This document shows positions 50,901 through 62,547 of a stretch of 64,000 bases of DNA, in pieces. Position 1 is the first letter of the stretch. Each line of letters starts with the position of its first letter. This DNA is from Macrostomum hystrix (taxonomy: Eukaryota > Animalia > Platyhelminthes): positions 4,836,001 to 4,900,000 of the forward strand of contig CATNEN010000024.1 of assembly GCA_950097015.1 (NCBI GenBank), read 5' to 3'. Both the position numbers and the translations under genes were made by a program. Under the pieces are notes generated by a model. The model ran no database searches. It was not told where the DNA came from and saw only the letters and a list, made by a program, of their open reading frames with translations.

Positions 50901-53900
50901 GATCCTATGGGGTTCTATCTGATCCTACGGGATTATACTATCTGATCCTATGGGATTCTACCATCTGATCCTATGGGATTCTACCATCTGATCCTATGGG
51001 ATTCTACTATCTGATCCTACATGATTCTACTATCTGATCCTATGGGATTCTACTAGCTGATCCTACATGATTCTACTATCTGATCCTATGGGATTCCACC
51101 ATCTGATCCTATGGGATTCTACTATCTGATCCTACATGATTCTACTATCTGATCCTATGGGATTCTACTAGCTGATCCTACATGATTCTACTATCTGATC
51201 CTATGGGATTCTACTATCTGATCCTATGGGATTCTACTATCTGATCCTATAGGATTCTACTATCTGATCCTATGGGATTCTACTATCTGATCCTATGGGA
51301 TTCTACCATCTGATCCTATGGGATTCTACTATCTGATCCTATGGGAATCTACTATCTGATCCTATGGGATTCTACTATCTGATCCTACAGGATTCTACTA
51401 TCTGATCCTATGGGATTCTACTATCTGATCCTATGGGATTCTATCTGATCCTATGGGATTCTACTATCTGATCCTATGGGATTCTACTATCTGATCCTAT
51501 AGGATTCTACTATCTGATCCTATGGGATTCTACTATCTGATCCTATGGGATTCTACCATCTGATCCTATGGGATTCTACTATCTGATCCTACATGATTCT
51601 ACTATCTGATCCTATGGGAATCTACTATCTGATCCTATGGGATTCTACTATCTGATCCTACAGGATTCTACTATCTGATCCTATGGGATTCTACTATCTG
51701 ATCCTATGGGATTCTATCTGATCCTATGGGATTCTACTATCTGATCCTATGGGATTCTACCATCTGATCCTATGGGATTCTACTATCTGATCCTATAGGA
51801 TTCTACTATCTGATCCTGTGGGATTCTACTAGCTGATCCTATGGGATTCTACTATCTGATCCTATGGGATTCTACTATCTGATCCTGTGGGATTCTACTA
51901 GCTGATCCTATGGGATTCTACTATCTGATCCTATGGGATTCTACTATCTGATCCTATGGGATTCTACTATCTGATCCTATGGGATTCTACTATCTGATCC
52001 TACATGATTCTACTATCTGATCCTATGGGATTCTACTAGCTGATCCTATGGGATTCTACCATCTGATCCTATGGGATTCTACTATCTGATCCTATAGGAT
52101 TCTACTATCTGATCCTACATGATTCTACTATCTGATCCTATGGGATTCTACTATCTGATCCTATGGGATTCTACCATCTGATCCTATGGGATTCTACTAT
52201 CTGATCCTATAGGATTCTACTATCTGATCCTATGGGATTCTACTATCTGATCCTATGGGATTCTACCATCTGATCCTATGGGATTCTACTATCTGATCCT
52301 ACATGATTCTACTATCTGATCCTATGGGAATCTACTATCTGATCCTATGGGATTCTACTATCTGATCCTACAGGATTCTACTATCTGATCCTATGGGATT
52401 CTACTATCTGATCCTATGGGATTCTATCTGATCCTATGGGATTCTACTATCTGATCCTGTGGGATTCTACTAGCTGATCCTATGGGATTCTACTATCTGA
52501 TCCTATGGGATTCTACTATCTGATCCTATGGGATTCTACTATCTGATCCTATGGGATTCTACTATCTGATCCTGTGGGATTCTACTAGCTGATCCTATGG
52601 GATTCTACTATCTGATCCTATGGGATTCTACTATCTGATCCTATGGGATTCTATCTGATCCTATGGTATTCTACTATCTGATCCTATGGGATTCTACTAT
52701 CTGATCCTATGGGATTCTACTGTAAGACGCTGGTTTGTTAGGTAGCATGCACACAAAACGCGAAGAGCCATACCGGCTCGCTAGCACTATTATATTTGGC
52801 CAGAAACACTGGGGTGGGCGTACCCACCCCCCAATCACGCCACGCAAGCACGCACGCAGGCGTGTACGCTCTACCCCCCGCAGTGTACACTGCGGGCCGC
52901 GAACTCTAAGCTGCTTACACTACTTTCCCCCTAGAAGCAGTTCAGTCAAGCAAAGCCAGCCATGTAAAAGTCAGGAGGCCGGCGTTCTCTCGCCGAGCGT
53001 CGGAGAGCCTCGGCCGGCTCGGGCGGGGCCGCCGGCGGATCATCGGGCTGCACGTTTTGGTCCGGTTCCGGCCAGCCGACCACCGCATCGCCACCCGGGT
53101 CAGCCGCTGGACTGGGCGGTCGCACGGCGAGGCCGTTGGCGTTCGTGTCGGCATCGGCGGCAGCAGGCAGCTCCAGCGACGGCCGCCGCTGAATGAAGAG
53201 TCGGAGCCGGTCGTGGTGCACCACCAGCTTGCGCCGGCGGCCTGCCTGGTCCTGGATGCGGTAGTTCACCTCGCCGAGGCGCCGCAGGATCCGATACGGC
53301 CCCTTCCATTTGTCGCTGAGGCACCGCGTCTGGCCGCGCTTGACGACGGAGTTGCGCAGCATTACCAGCTGGCCCTCTTCAAACGGCACGAATCTGGCAC
53401 CCTGGTTGACTCGCTGGTTGCGCGCCGCCTGGGCGTCCCGCAGCCGGCCGTGCACCGCGTCAAAGGCGCCCTGCAGGTTCGCTTGCGTCTGCTGCAGAAA
53501 GTCGTGCGGGCTGCCGCTCGCCGCCTTGTCGCCGTCCACCAGCCAGCTGTCGAGCGCCAGCCGCGGCGGCCAGCCATGCAGGACCTGGTACGGGCTGAGG
53601 CCGGTGGTGCTGTGCACAGAGGTGTTATAGGCCCAGGTAACGTAGTGCAGCTTCCGGTCCCAGTCCTGCTGGCTCTCCGACACGACCGTCGCCAGCATGT
53701 CGCCCAGTGTCCGGTTGCCGCGCTCCACGACGCCGTTGCCGCTTGGGTGGAATGGCGATGTGCGAGTTTTCTCGATGCCCAGCTGCTCGCAGAGCCGGAC
53801 GAAGACGTCGCTCTCAAACTGCCGTCCTTGGTCGCTGTGCAGCACTTGTGGGGCACCGTGCCGCAGCACAACGGCTCTGAGCAGCGCATCCGCCACCGTC

Positions 53901-56900
53901 ACGGCGTTGATCGTCGCCAGCGCCGACGTCTCCATCCACTTGGAGAAGGTGTCGCACATGCTGAGGATGTAGGCGTTGCCGTCTGTCGTGCGCGGCAGCG
54001 GGCCTTTAATATCGATCTGCACCTGCTGCCAAGGCGCTGTCGGCTGGCCTGTCGTCTGCAGCGGTGCCCGCTGCGGCCTGGTTGGACTCTTCTTGGTTAG
54101 GCAGGCGGCGCAGCTCGCCACCCAGTTCTCCGCGTCCCGCCGCAGGCCCGGCCACCAGCAGCGCTCCGCCAGCCTCGCCACCGTCCTGTCAACACCGAGG
54201 TGGGCGCTCTGGTCGCTGGAATGCGCCTCCTGCAGGAAGTGCGGCCGCAGGTGGCTGGGAATGACCGGCTTGCCGTGGAACAGCAGGACGCCCGCCGTAC
54301 TTATTGATGCCCCGTCCAGCAGCTCGCGAACCTGCGCCGCCCAGGTGTCAGACAGATTGTCGATTCCTGTCGCTAGCGCCTGGAACGCCTTGCTCAGTAG
54401 CGTGTCCTGCCGCTGCTCCTCATGCAGGCGCGCGGCCTCCCAGCGGGGCTGCAGGCGCGTGCCGGCCACCCGGCTCAGTGCGTCCGGCACAACGTTCTCC
54501 CGGCCTGGCCGGTACAGCAGCGAGAAGGAGAACTGCTGCAGCGTAGACAGCCACCGCGCCAGCCTGCCTTCCGGGTCCTTGGTCGCCAGCAGTCCCTGAA
54601 GCGGCCGATGGTCGGAGTAGACGGTGAAGCTGGGAACACTGAGCAAGTACGTTCTGAAGTGCTTCAAGCTCCACACCAGCGCCAGCAGCTCCCGGTCTGT
54701 CGCCGAGTAATTTCGCTCCGCCTTGTTGAGCGTGCGCGATGCGAAAGCCACAGGCAGCTCAGCGTCCCCGTGCAACTGGCTGAGCACGGCGCCCACTGCG
54801 AACTGGCTGCTGTCGCAGCTCAAAACGAACTGCTTGCTGAAGTCGGGCAGCCGCAGCACCGGGGCAGTCGTCAACTTGTCCTTCAGCTCGTTGAACGCCC
54901 GCTCGCAACTGCTGCTCCATCTAAAGTCTCTCGCTGTCTGGCTGACGTCGTGCAGCACCCTCGCAGTCTGGCTGAAGTCCTGGATGAAGCGGCGATAGAA
55001 GCCTAGCATGCCGAGGAACCGCTTCACCTCCTCTGCTGTCGTCGGGCTGGGCATGCTGCGGATGGCGTCCACCTTGCTCGGGTCTGGCGCGATGCCCTGC
55101 TCGCTGACCCGGTGCCCCAGGTACAGCACCTGGCGGTGGCCGAAGACACTCTTCGCCCTGTGCAGCTTGAGCCCGGCCCCTCGAAGCCGCTGAAGGACCT
55201 GTGCTAGCCGCGCCAGATGCTCGTTGAAGGTTCTGCTGAAGACGATGATGTCGTCGATGTAGGTCAGCACCACCTCCCAGGATAAGCCGGACATGACGAG
55301 CTCCATAAGGCGCTGAAATGTCGCTGGGGCGTTGCACATCCCGAAGCCCATCTTGCGGAACTGCATCAGGCCGCGGGTGGAGTAGAAGGCAGTCTTTGGC
55401 CGGTCTTCCTCTGCCACCTCCACCTGGTGATAACCCTGCCGGCAATCGATGGTGGAGAACCAGGAACAGCCGACCAGTGCGTCCATGGCTTGCTGCAGAT
55501 GCGGCAGCGGGTAGGCATCCTTGACTGTGCAGGCGTTCAGCTGTCGCCAGTCGGTGCAGAGCCTGATGTCGCCGTTCTTCTTGCGCACCACCAGGAGGTT
55601 GCTGGCCCAAGGAGACATGGACGGCTCGATGATGCCGCTGTCCAGCATCTGGCCGATCTTCTTGTCTACCTGGTCCCGCACGGACAGAGGCAGACGTCGC
55701 TGAACCTGCCTGTGCGGCCGCGTTCCGGGCTCCAGATCTATCCTGTGCTGCAGCAGCTCCGTCGTGCCCAGGTCGTACTCGTGCCTTGCGAAAAGGTCCT
55801 CGTTTTGCTCCAGCAGCTGGCGCAGCTTCTCCGCATCCGCCTCGGACAGCTCCGGGTTGATGTTCCAGCTACTATCTGATCCTATGGGATTCTACTATCT
55901 GATCCTATGGGATTCTACTATCTGATCCTATGGGATTCTACTATCTGATCCTATGGGATTCTACCATCTGATCCTATGGGATTCTACTATCTGATCCTAT
56001 GGGATTCTACCATCTGATCCTATGGGATTCTACTATCTGATCCTATGGGAATCTACTATCTGATCCTATGGGATTCTACTATCTGATCCTACAGGATTCT
56101 ACTATCTGATCCTATGGGATTCTACTATCTGATCCTATGGGATTCTATCTGATCCTATGGGATTCTACTATCTGATCCTGTGGGATTCTACTAGCTGATC
56201 CTATGGGATTCTACTATCTGATCCTATGGGATTCTACTATCTGATCCTATGGGATTCTACTATCTGATCCTATGGGATTCTACTATCTGATCCTGTGGGA
56301 TTCTACTAGCTGATCCTATGGGATTCTACTATCTGATCCTATGGGATTCTACTATCTGATCCTATGGGATTCTACTATCTGATCCTATGGGATTCTACTA
56401 TCTGATCCTATGGGATTCTATCTGATCCTATGGTATTCTACTATCTGATCCTATGGGATTCTACTATCTGATCCTATGGGATTCTACTATCTGATCCTAT
56501 GGGATTCTACTATCTGATCCTATGGGATTCTACTATCTGATCCTATGGGATTCTACTATCTGATCCTATGGGATTCTACCATCTGATCCTATGGGATTCT
56601 ACTATCTGATCCTATGGGAATCTACTATCTGATCCTATGGGATTCTACTATCTGATCCTACAGGATTCTACTATCTGATCCTATGGGATTCTACCATCTG
56701 ATCCTATGGGATTCTACTATCTGATCCTGTGGGATTCTGCGAGTATTCCTTCTTTTGTCTAATAGGTGTTGCTTTTTATCCTACGCTCATATCTATCATC
56801 CGTCTGAGAGCCTCTTGGATATTCACTTCTGATCATATGAGATTAAATCTCAGATATTTTACAGTATTTCTAAAAAATATCCCTACAAAATATCTCAGCT

Positions 56901-58909
56901 CCCAGCCGCATATTCGCGACATCCCAGCCGGTCTAGCTCGCCTATTCAACAATCCGCTGTGGCTGTTCATCAGCCTGCTGATTGTTGCCGAGCAGTCAGT
57001 TGTGCAAGCATTTGTGGCCTATGTTAATAAGTACATGCAGAAGTCTTTCGGCCTGCCAGTCACCAGATCCAGCATTGTCACCGGCCTGCTCGTCATCCCC
57101 AGCGCCGTCATCGGCATCGGCGCCGGCGCCTTTTTTATGCGCCGCTTCCGGCCCAGCAGCCGGGCCATCAGTGTCACCATGATGAGTCTAAGCGTTTGCA
57201 CCACCCTGCTCACCACTGGCCTGGTGCTGTGCACCTGCGGCAATATACAATTAGCCGGCCTCACAGTGAATTATCATCCCACTGATTTTGTTAGAGTTCG
57301 ACTGTCCTCTGGCTCCTCGGCAGCGGCGGCTGCGGCGGCGTCCAGCTCGTTAGATCCGGTGCCGTTACAGTTGAATGCCAGCTGCAATGCGAAATGCGCC
57401 TGCAGCACGTTCAATTATGACCCCGTTTGCGATCAGGTAAGGCTTAGGACAGGTGGGAAGTCAACTTCTTGGCCGCACATAAATCCCTTGATTAACAGTA
57501 GAAATACCAAGCGGGGGGGGCGGGAATGCCCCCTCCTTGACAATTTTTTGTGCTGCACCCGAACGGAACAACGCAAGCACACGAAATTTAAGAACACGGG
57601 CCAACTTTTTGTTGCGCATCTTCTGAAACAATGATCAAGTAGCCAGCTTTTCAGGCCGTCTAGATATTCAATCTTTCTGGCCGAAGGTCTGAATTTTCCT
57701 ATAAGCGCTAGTGTATTTCATACACCCCTATAAACAAATTAGCACTGCGCCTCAGTGCGGCCTACCAGGCATTTAAAATTTATCAGCATGGCACCCGAAT
57801 GTGCCTGCCTTATCTCCGTCTTCGGTGATCACCTGACTTTATCTAGACTTTATCTAACGGATTTCCTAGCCTAGCCTAGCCTAGCCTAGAGCCTAGGGAG
57901 GTGCGAAGAATTGGCGTGACAGTACTCGCCAACCTCAGTTGAGGGGTTTGAGTGCAGCTGCACTGGCGTATAGTCTGGCCACCACATGTATAGATGCACT
58001 TTAAAAGGCCTCTTTGTCAATAAAAAAGCTATTATAGTATGAAATATAGTACATTTTCTGCAACTAAAGAGTGTTGTATAATCCTCTTTTTATGATTACC
58101 TTTCCAATTCACGATTTCTTCCATCAGCTACTACAGCCACCCTACCCTCACCCATGACACAGGCCACTGGCATCAGCTACTACAGTCCGTGCCACGCAGG
58201 CTGCGCCAACCGCACCCTCCGCCACCCGCCGTCCTCCTCATCCAAGTTCAAATCGGCTGCTGCGACTGCATTCGCAGTCGGTCACCACAGCGCCTTCCAC
58301 TGGAACTACACGGACTGCGCTTGCGTGCCCCGCTCAGCCGGCCACAATGTCTCCCGTATCGTTAGTGGCTCCGGCGGCGGAGGCGGTATTGTCTCCAGCG
58401 GCAAATGCGGCAGCACCTGTACCACATTTGTACCATTCTGCATCCTGCTATTCATCATTGTCCTGGTGACAGCCTGCGGCTACGAGCCCTGCCACATTCT
58501 CACCCTGTCCTGCGTGTCCGAGACTGACTCTAGCTTCGCTCTGGGCATGCAGAACGTTCTCCATCGCCTATTAGCTTTCATACCCGCTCCAATCTATTTT
58601 GGCAGCCTATTCGACTCAACCTGCCTACTCAGAGCCAGCGACGGCAGCGCCTGCGATAAAGCCGGTCGGGCCTGCACTGAGTACGATTTGAGCCGGCTGC
58701 CCTACCTGTGGATTGGCGTCATTCTGGCGCTGAAACTGCTCGGCTTCCTATTCGCCAGCGCCTGCTATTTCTCCTGTCGAATCAGTGAGGCTAGAACTGC
58801 CGAAGTGCCGGATGTGGCCGCTGCCGCTGATGCCGCTGCCGGGCCGGATTTGAGCATAGTTGCCGCCGACAGTTCCTCAGTGAGATTGTCGAAGAGTCGA
58901 GTAATCTAA
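46314..58909 (+). CDS. Organic anion transporting polypeptide (OATP/SLCO family), 3 coding exons
   Basis: Exons 46314-47992, 56899-57436 and 58163-58909 with compatible phases (2 then 0). Multiple TM segments, OATP signature-like LWAGAWWMGFL, Kazal-like CNAKCAC...YDPVCDQATGISYYSPCHAGC, and FALGMQ...LAFIPAPIYFGSLFDSTC. Confidence 0.92.
48110..52720. repeat. 23-bp minisatellite, left arm (about 200 copies) in OATP intron 1
   Basis: ATCTGATCCTATGGGATTCTACT with recurrent variant units. Confidence 0.97.
52721..52919 (-). repeat. 3' LTR (199 bp) of the Gypsy element
   Basis: On - it reads TGTAAG...CTTACA (6-bp inverted termini), immediately preceded by the purine tract AGGGGAAAGTAG (52920-52931). 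Confidence 0.88.
52946..55867 (-). CDS. pol: Gypsy pol polyprotein fragment (RT-RNaseH-IN), stop-free, about 973 codons, no true start
   Basis: The listed 911-aa ORF extends 62 codons upstream in frame (WNINPELSEADAEKLRQLL...HRIDLEPG) to the truncation point. Confidence 0.92.
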   Translation of the reverse strand, partial: WNINPELSEADAEKLRQLLEQNEDLFARHEYDLGTTELLQHRIDLEPGTRPHRQVQRRLPLSVRDQVDKKIGQMLDSGIIEPSMSPWASNLLVVRKKNGDIRLCTDWRQLNACTVKDAYPLPHLQQAMDALVGCSWFSTIDCRQGYHQVEVAEEDRPKTAFYSTRGLMQFRKMGFGMCNAPATFQRLMELVMSGLSWEVVLTYIDDIIVFSRTFNEHLARLAQVLQRLRGAGLKLHRAKSVFGHRQVLYLGHRVSEQGIAPDPSKVDAIRSMPSPTTAEEVKRFLGMLGFYRRFIQDFSQTARVLHDVSQTARDFRWSSSCERAFNELKDKLTTAPVLRLPDFSKQFVLSCDSSQFAVGAVLSQLHGDAELPVAFASRTLNKAERNYSATDRELLALVWSLKHFRTYLLSVPSFTVYSDHRPLQGLLATKDPEGRLARWLSTLQQFSFSLLYRPGRENVVPDALSRVAGTRLQPRWEAARLHEEQRQDTLLSKAFQALATGIDNLSDTWAAQVRELLDGASISTAGVLLFHGKPVIPSHLRPHFLQEAHSSDQSAHLGVDRTVARLAERCWWPGLRRDAENWVASCAACLTKKSPTRPQRAPLQTTGQPTAPWQQVQIDIKGPLPRTTDGNAYILSMCDTFSKWMETSALATINAVTVADALLRAVVLRHGAPQVLHSDQGRQFESDVFVRLCEQLGIEKTRTSPFHPSGNGVVERGNRTLGDMLATVVSESQQDWDRKLHYVTWAYNTSVHSTTGLSPYQVLHGWPPRLALDSWLVDGDKAASGSPHDFLQQTQANLQGAFDAVHGRLRDAQAARNQRVNQGARFVPFEEGQLVMLRNSVVKRGQTRCLSDKWKGPYRILRRLGEVNYRIQDQAGRRRKLVVHHDRLRLFIQRRPSLELPAAADADTNANGLAVRPPSPAADPGGDAVVGWPEPDQNVQPDDPPAAPPEPAEALRRSARERRPPDFYMAGFA
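55869..56738. repeat. 23-bp minisatellite, right arm (about 38 copies)
   Basis: Same unit as 48110-52720. Confidence 0.97.
56899..57436 (+). CDS. OATP exon 2
   Basis: ctcag acceptor in phase 2; IRDIPAGLARLFNNP...; donor gtaagg at 57437 (phase 0). Confidence 0.9.
58163..58909 (+). CDS. OATP exon 3
   Basis: acacag acceptor; ATGISYYSPCHAGC, C-terminal TMs, TAA at 58907-58909. Confidence 0.9.
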   Translation, partial: ATGISYYSPCHAGCANRTLRHPPSSSSKFKSAAATAFAVGHHSAFHWNYTDCACVPRSAGHNVSRIVSGSGGGGGIVSSGKCGSTCTTFVPFCILLFIIVLVTACGYEPCHILTLSCVSETDSSFALGMQNVLHRLLAFIPAPIYFGSLFDSTCLLRASDGSACDKAGRACTEYDLSRLPYLWIGVILALKLLGFLFASACYFSCRISEARTAEVPDVAAAADAAAGPDLSIVAADSSSVRLSKSRVI

Positions 58910-59257
58910 ATTATAATATGTTGTTTGTCAGTATTTGTAGTATTGTGTTGTTCTCCAATGCTTTATTTGGCGTTATTGGCTTCCTTTGATGTCTATGATA
59001 ATCAAAATGAAATGCTTCGTTATTTATACATGTCCACTGCTTATTTTTATGCATTGGCTCTTTTGCCAATGTTTCTAGATGTCTTTTTGTTCAAAGAAGC
59101 TGTCAATGCAATTACAATTGTATAAATAGACCTGTCTTTAATCCTGTTATCTGTGTTTCTATTTAAGTTTAGTACTTTGCATGGGTTTCTTCTGCTTTAA
59201 AGCAAACACTGATTGTGTGCCAAAGCTTCTGGAAATATACTGTCAGCACTAACAATT

Positions 59258-59660
59258 TTATCTGGTCATTATCCCAGCCGAAATCACTTTATCTGGTCAT
59301 TACCCCAGCCGAAATCACTTTATCTGGTCATTATCCCAGCCGAAATCACTTTATCTGGTCATTACCCCAGCCGAAATCACTTTATCTGGTCATTATCCCA
59401 GCCGAAATCACTTTATCTGGTCATTACCCCAGCCCCAACCTTTTTTATGGTCATTACCCCAGCCCCAATCATTTAATCTGGTCATTACCCCAGCCGAAAT
59501 CACTTTATCTGGTCATTACCCCAGCCCCAATCATTTAATCTGGTCATTGCCCCAGCCCCAATCATTTTATCTGGTTATTACCCCCAGCCCTAATTATTAA
59601 ATTTGGTCATTGCCATAACTGCAATTATTTTATCTGCCATTACCGGCCCAGCCCTAACCA
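59258..59660. repeat. 31-bp minisatellite, degenerating rightwards
   Basis: CCGAAATCACTTTATCTGGTCATTACCCCAG. Confidence 0.92.
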
Positions 59661-60046
59661 TTCCATATCTGGTCATTAACCAGTCCAATTAGGGTCATCC
59701 AATCAATACGCGGATCATAATAAACGCTGTGGCACATGAGCAGTTAGAAGATTCGCACTTTCCGCTCATTACTGCGGGCTGTTTCACCTCATGCTATTGC
59801 TTCATCCTGCATCCGTTTTTTCATACTGTCGATTTTACAAATCTGGCTTGTTCGTGGCAATCCCCTAAGTTTTCCTGTTTCTGTCTGTGTTTGACCGTAC
59901 TTTGTCAATTATTATTTTATACCTGTGCAGTATAGTCTACACTTTTTTATGCACAATTTTTGGTGTTATAGTCCTCCATAATTTTTGTTGACTTTAATTT
60001 GCATAATTTTTTTTTGCGCGTTTGAACATTAAACATTTAAATCTAC

Positions 60047-60555
60047 CTCCACCCACGCAACCCAATGTACACTCCCCAACATGCTCCACCCACGCAACCC
60101 AATGTACACTCCCCCATCATGCTCCTCCCACGCAACCCAATGTACACTCCCCAACATGCTCCAACCACGCAACCCCATGTACACTCCCCAACATGCTCCA
60201 CCCACGCAACCCAATGTACACTCCCCCATCATGCTCCACCCACGCAACCCAATGTACACTCCCCAACATGCTCCAACCACGCAACCCAATGTACACTCCC
60301 CAACATGCTCCACCCACGCAACCCAATGTACACTCCCCAACATGCTCCACCCACGCAACCCAATGTACACTCCCCAACATGCTCCACCCACGCAACCCAA
60401 TGTACACTCCCCAACATGCTCCACCCACGCAACCCAATGTACACTCCCCATCATGCTCCACCCACGCAACCCCATGTACACTCCCCATCATGCTCCACCC
60501 ACGCAACCCAATGTACACTCCCTAACATGCTCCACCCACGCAACCCAATGTACAC
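60047..60555. repeat. 37-bp minisatellite
   Basis: CCACCCACGCAACCCAATGTACACTCCCCAACATGCT. Confidence 0.94.
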
Positions 60556-61314
60556 TCGGACACATTTTACAATGTAAAATCGGAGGTCAGTTCTACTTAT
60601 AATCCTACTATTAGTAACTTAGCATTGAACATGACAATTGCCTTTTGGAATTTTAGGTTTTTTGGTTGGTTTCACTGTCCCATGCTTGTCTGTGTGTAGT
60701 TGCTTGTAAATTACAATATTTTCTGTATATACGTAATTTAATGTTTTGATTGTGTTGTTTTTAATTTATTTAGTTTTTTCTATAATATGCTCATGTACCT
60801 ACCTGTACGTTCATAATTGTTGACTTCTCACAGCTTTGTATATGCAATTTCCCTGCCTTCAGTGTTGCAGCCCCTGATCTACTTGACAAGCAGCAATAAT
60901 TGCGTTTTTGCTCGATTTTTAATCTATTGATTTTATCCAACTTAACAATGTATGTAATCTGTTTTGGCGGAAACTGCAACATAATTCAAGGTTCTATGTC
61001 TTCCATTTCGTTATTAAAAATCCATCATTGTGGAAAACCTGGATTAAGAACCTGTGTTAAGAATTTGAGTAGTCTAAAATTTGAGTGGTCGTTTCGTCCG
61101 CGAACAACATTATTTTTAATTATTCTACGCCTCGTGCGAATAATATATAATAATACTTTCATAGATCGAAGTGCAGGTATCTTCTATCTTTTATATGTCA
61201 ACAGGGCATATTTAATATGCCATTTGCAATCGTTTTAAACAAAAACATTCTTTATTTGTTGCCTTTATTTATTTGTTTTTTCAAATTATTTTTAATACTT
61301 AATGTATTCTTAAA

Positions 61315-62030
61315 GTGGCACCAGCTTATGTAGAGTGACACCAGCTTATGCAGAGTGACACCAGCTTATGTAGAGTGACACCAACTATGACAGAGTGCCA
61401 CCAGCAATGCCAGAGTGACACCAGATGAGGTTAGAGTGACACCAGATGAGGTTAGAGTGACATCAGATGAGGTTAGAGTGACATCAGATGAGGTTAGAGT
61501 GACATCAGATGAGGTTAGAGTGACATCAGATGAGGTTAGAGTGACATCAGATGAGGTTAGAGTGACACCAGATGAGGTTAGAGTGACACCAGATGAGGTT
61601 AGAGTGACATAAGCTGAGGTTAGAGTGACATCAGATGAGGTTAGAGTGACATCAGCTGAGGTTAGAGTGACATCAGATGAGGTTAGAGTGACATCAGATG
61701 AGGTTAGAGTGACATCAGATGAGGTTAGAGTGACATCAGCTGAGGTTAGAGTGACATCAGATGAGGTTAGAGTGACATCAGATGAGGTTAGAGTGACACC
61801 AGATGAGGTTAGAGTGACATAAGCTGAGGTTAGAGTGACATCAGATGAGGTTAGAGTGACATCAGCTGAGGTTAGAGTGACATCAGATGAGGTTAGAGTG
61901 ACATCAGATGAGGTTAGAGTGACATCAGATGAAGTTAGAGTGACACCAGATGAGGTTAGAGTGACATCAGATGAGGTTAGAGTGACACCAGATGAGGTTA
62001 GAGTGACATCAGCTGAGGTTAGAGTGACAC
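61315..62030. repeat. 21-bp minisatellite
   Basis: GAGGTTAGAGTGACATCAGAT. Confidence 0.95.
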
Positions 62031-62547
62031 GGGCATTGTCACGCATTTATTCATATTTTATTTAATTAGTGTTTTGCTGTTAAGGAAACTAAGGAAATAA
62101 ATGTCTTAGTCAGCATTTTCGTAAAGTACATGGCTTTGAGTCGAGCAGTTTAGCAATTAATTAATGCAAACTTCGCGCCTTGGCCAGCTGAACGCTGAAC
62201 AAAAGGTGTGCTTAGCGAAACCAGAGACCGAAACAGGCTCAACTGCTCAAACGGCTTGCTCATTTTGTCATAGCTTAGGCTATTTGAGAACGACTCGCCA
62301 AAAGAATAAAATAAAATTCTAACGAGAGACTGCGCTCAGGCCGCTATGCACAGCTGTGCCAAACCACAGTCAGTCTCACCCCATTAGCAAACAGCCCGCC
62401 ACACTGCAGAATGTATAAGAGTTGGATGCCTCATCAACCACCCGAGTGGCGACCCGACACTCCGCATTCTCCGTTCTCTTCTGTCACACTTATTTGATTC
62501 ATTCCTAATCCTGTATTCCCGTAGCTAGGCTAAATGCACTTTTAGCT

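Larger units (their letters stand above)
52721..55868 (-). mobile_element. 5'-truncated Ty3/Gypsy LTR retrotransposon (pol, PPT, 3' LTR; no gag, protease or 5' LTR)
   Basis: Domain order RT (YIDDII), RNase H (CDSSQFAVGAVL, SDHRPL), integrase (HHCC, DIKGP, SDQGRQFES, VERGNR, GPY). PPT and LTR follow the stop. Sharp junctions with the minisatellite on both sides. Confidence 0.95.

Noticed and set aside
55869-55872. CTAC on both sides of the Gypsy as a true 4-bp TSD
   Set aside because: The right end is an internal pol position rather than an LTR end, and CTAC occurs in almost every array unit, so microhomology is the simpler reading. It is not fully excluded.
53057-55879. Multiple + strand and alternate-frame ORFs over the retrotransposon
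   Set aside because: Shadow ORFs of the GC-rich pol sequence; no motifs.
60022-62065. Pro/His-rich and TLTSSDV repeat ORFs
   Set aside because: Derived from the 37- and 21-bp arrays.
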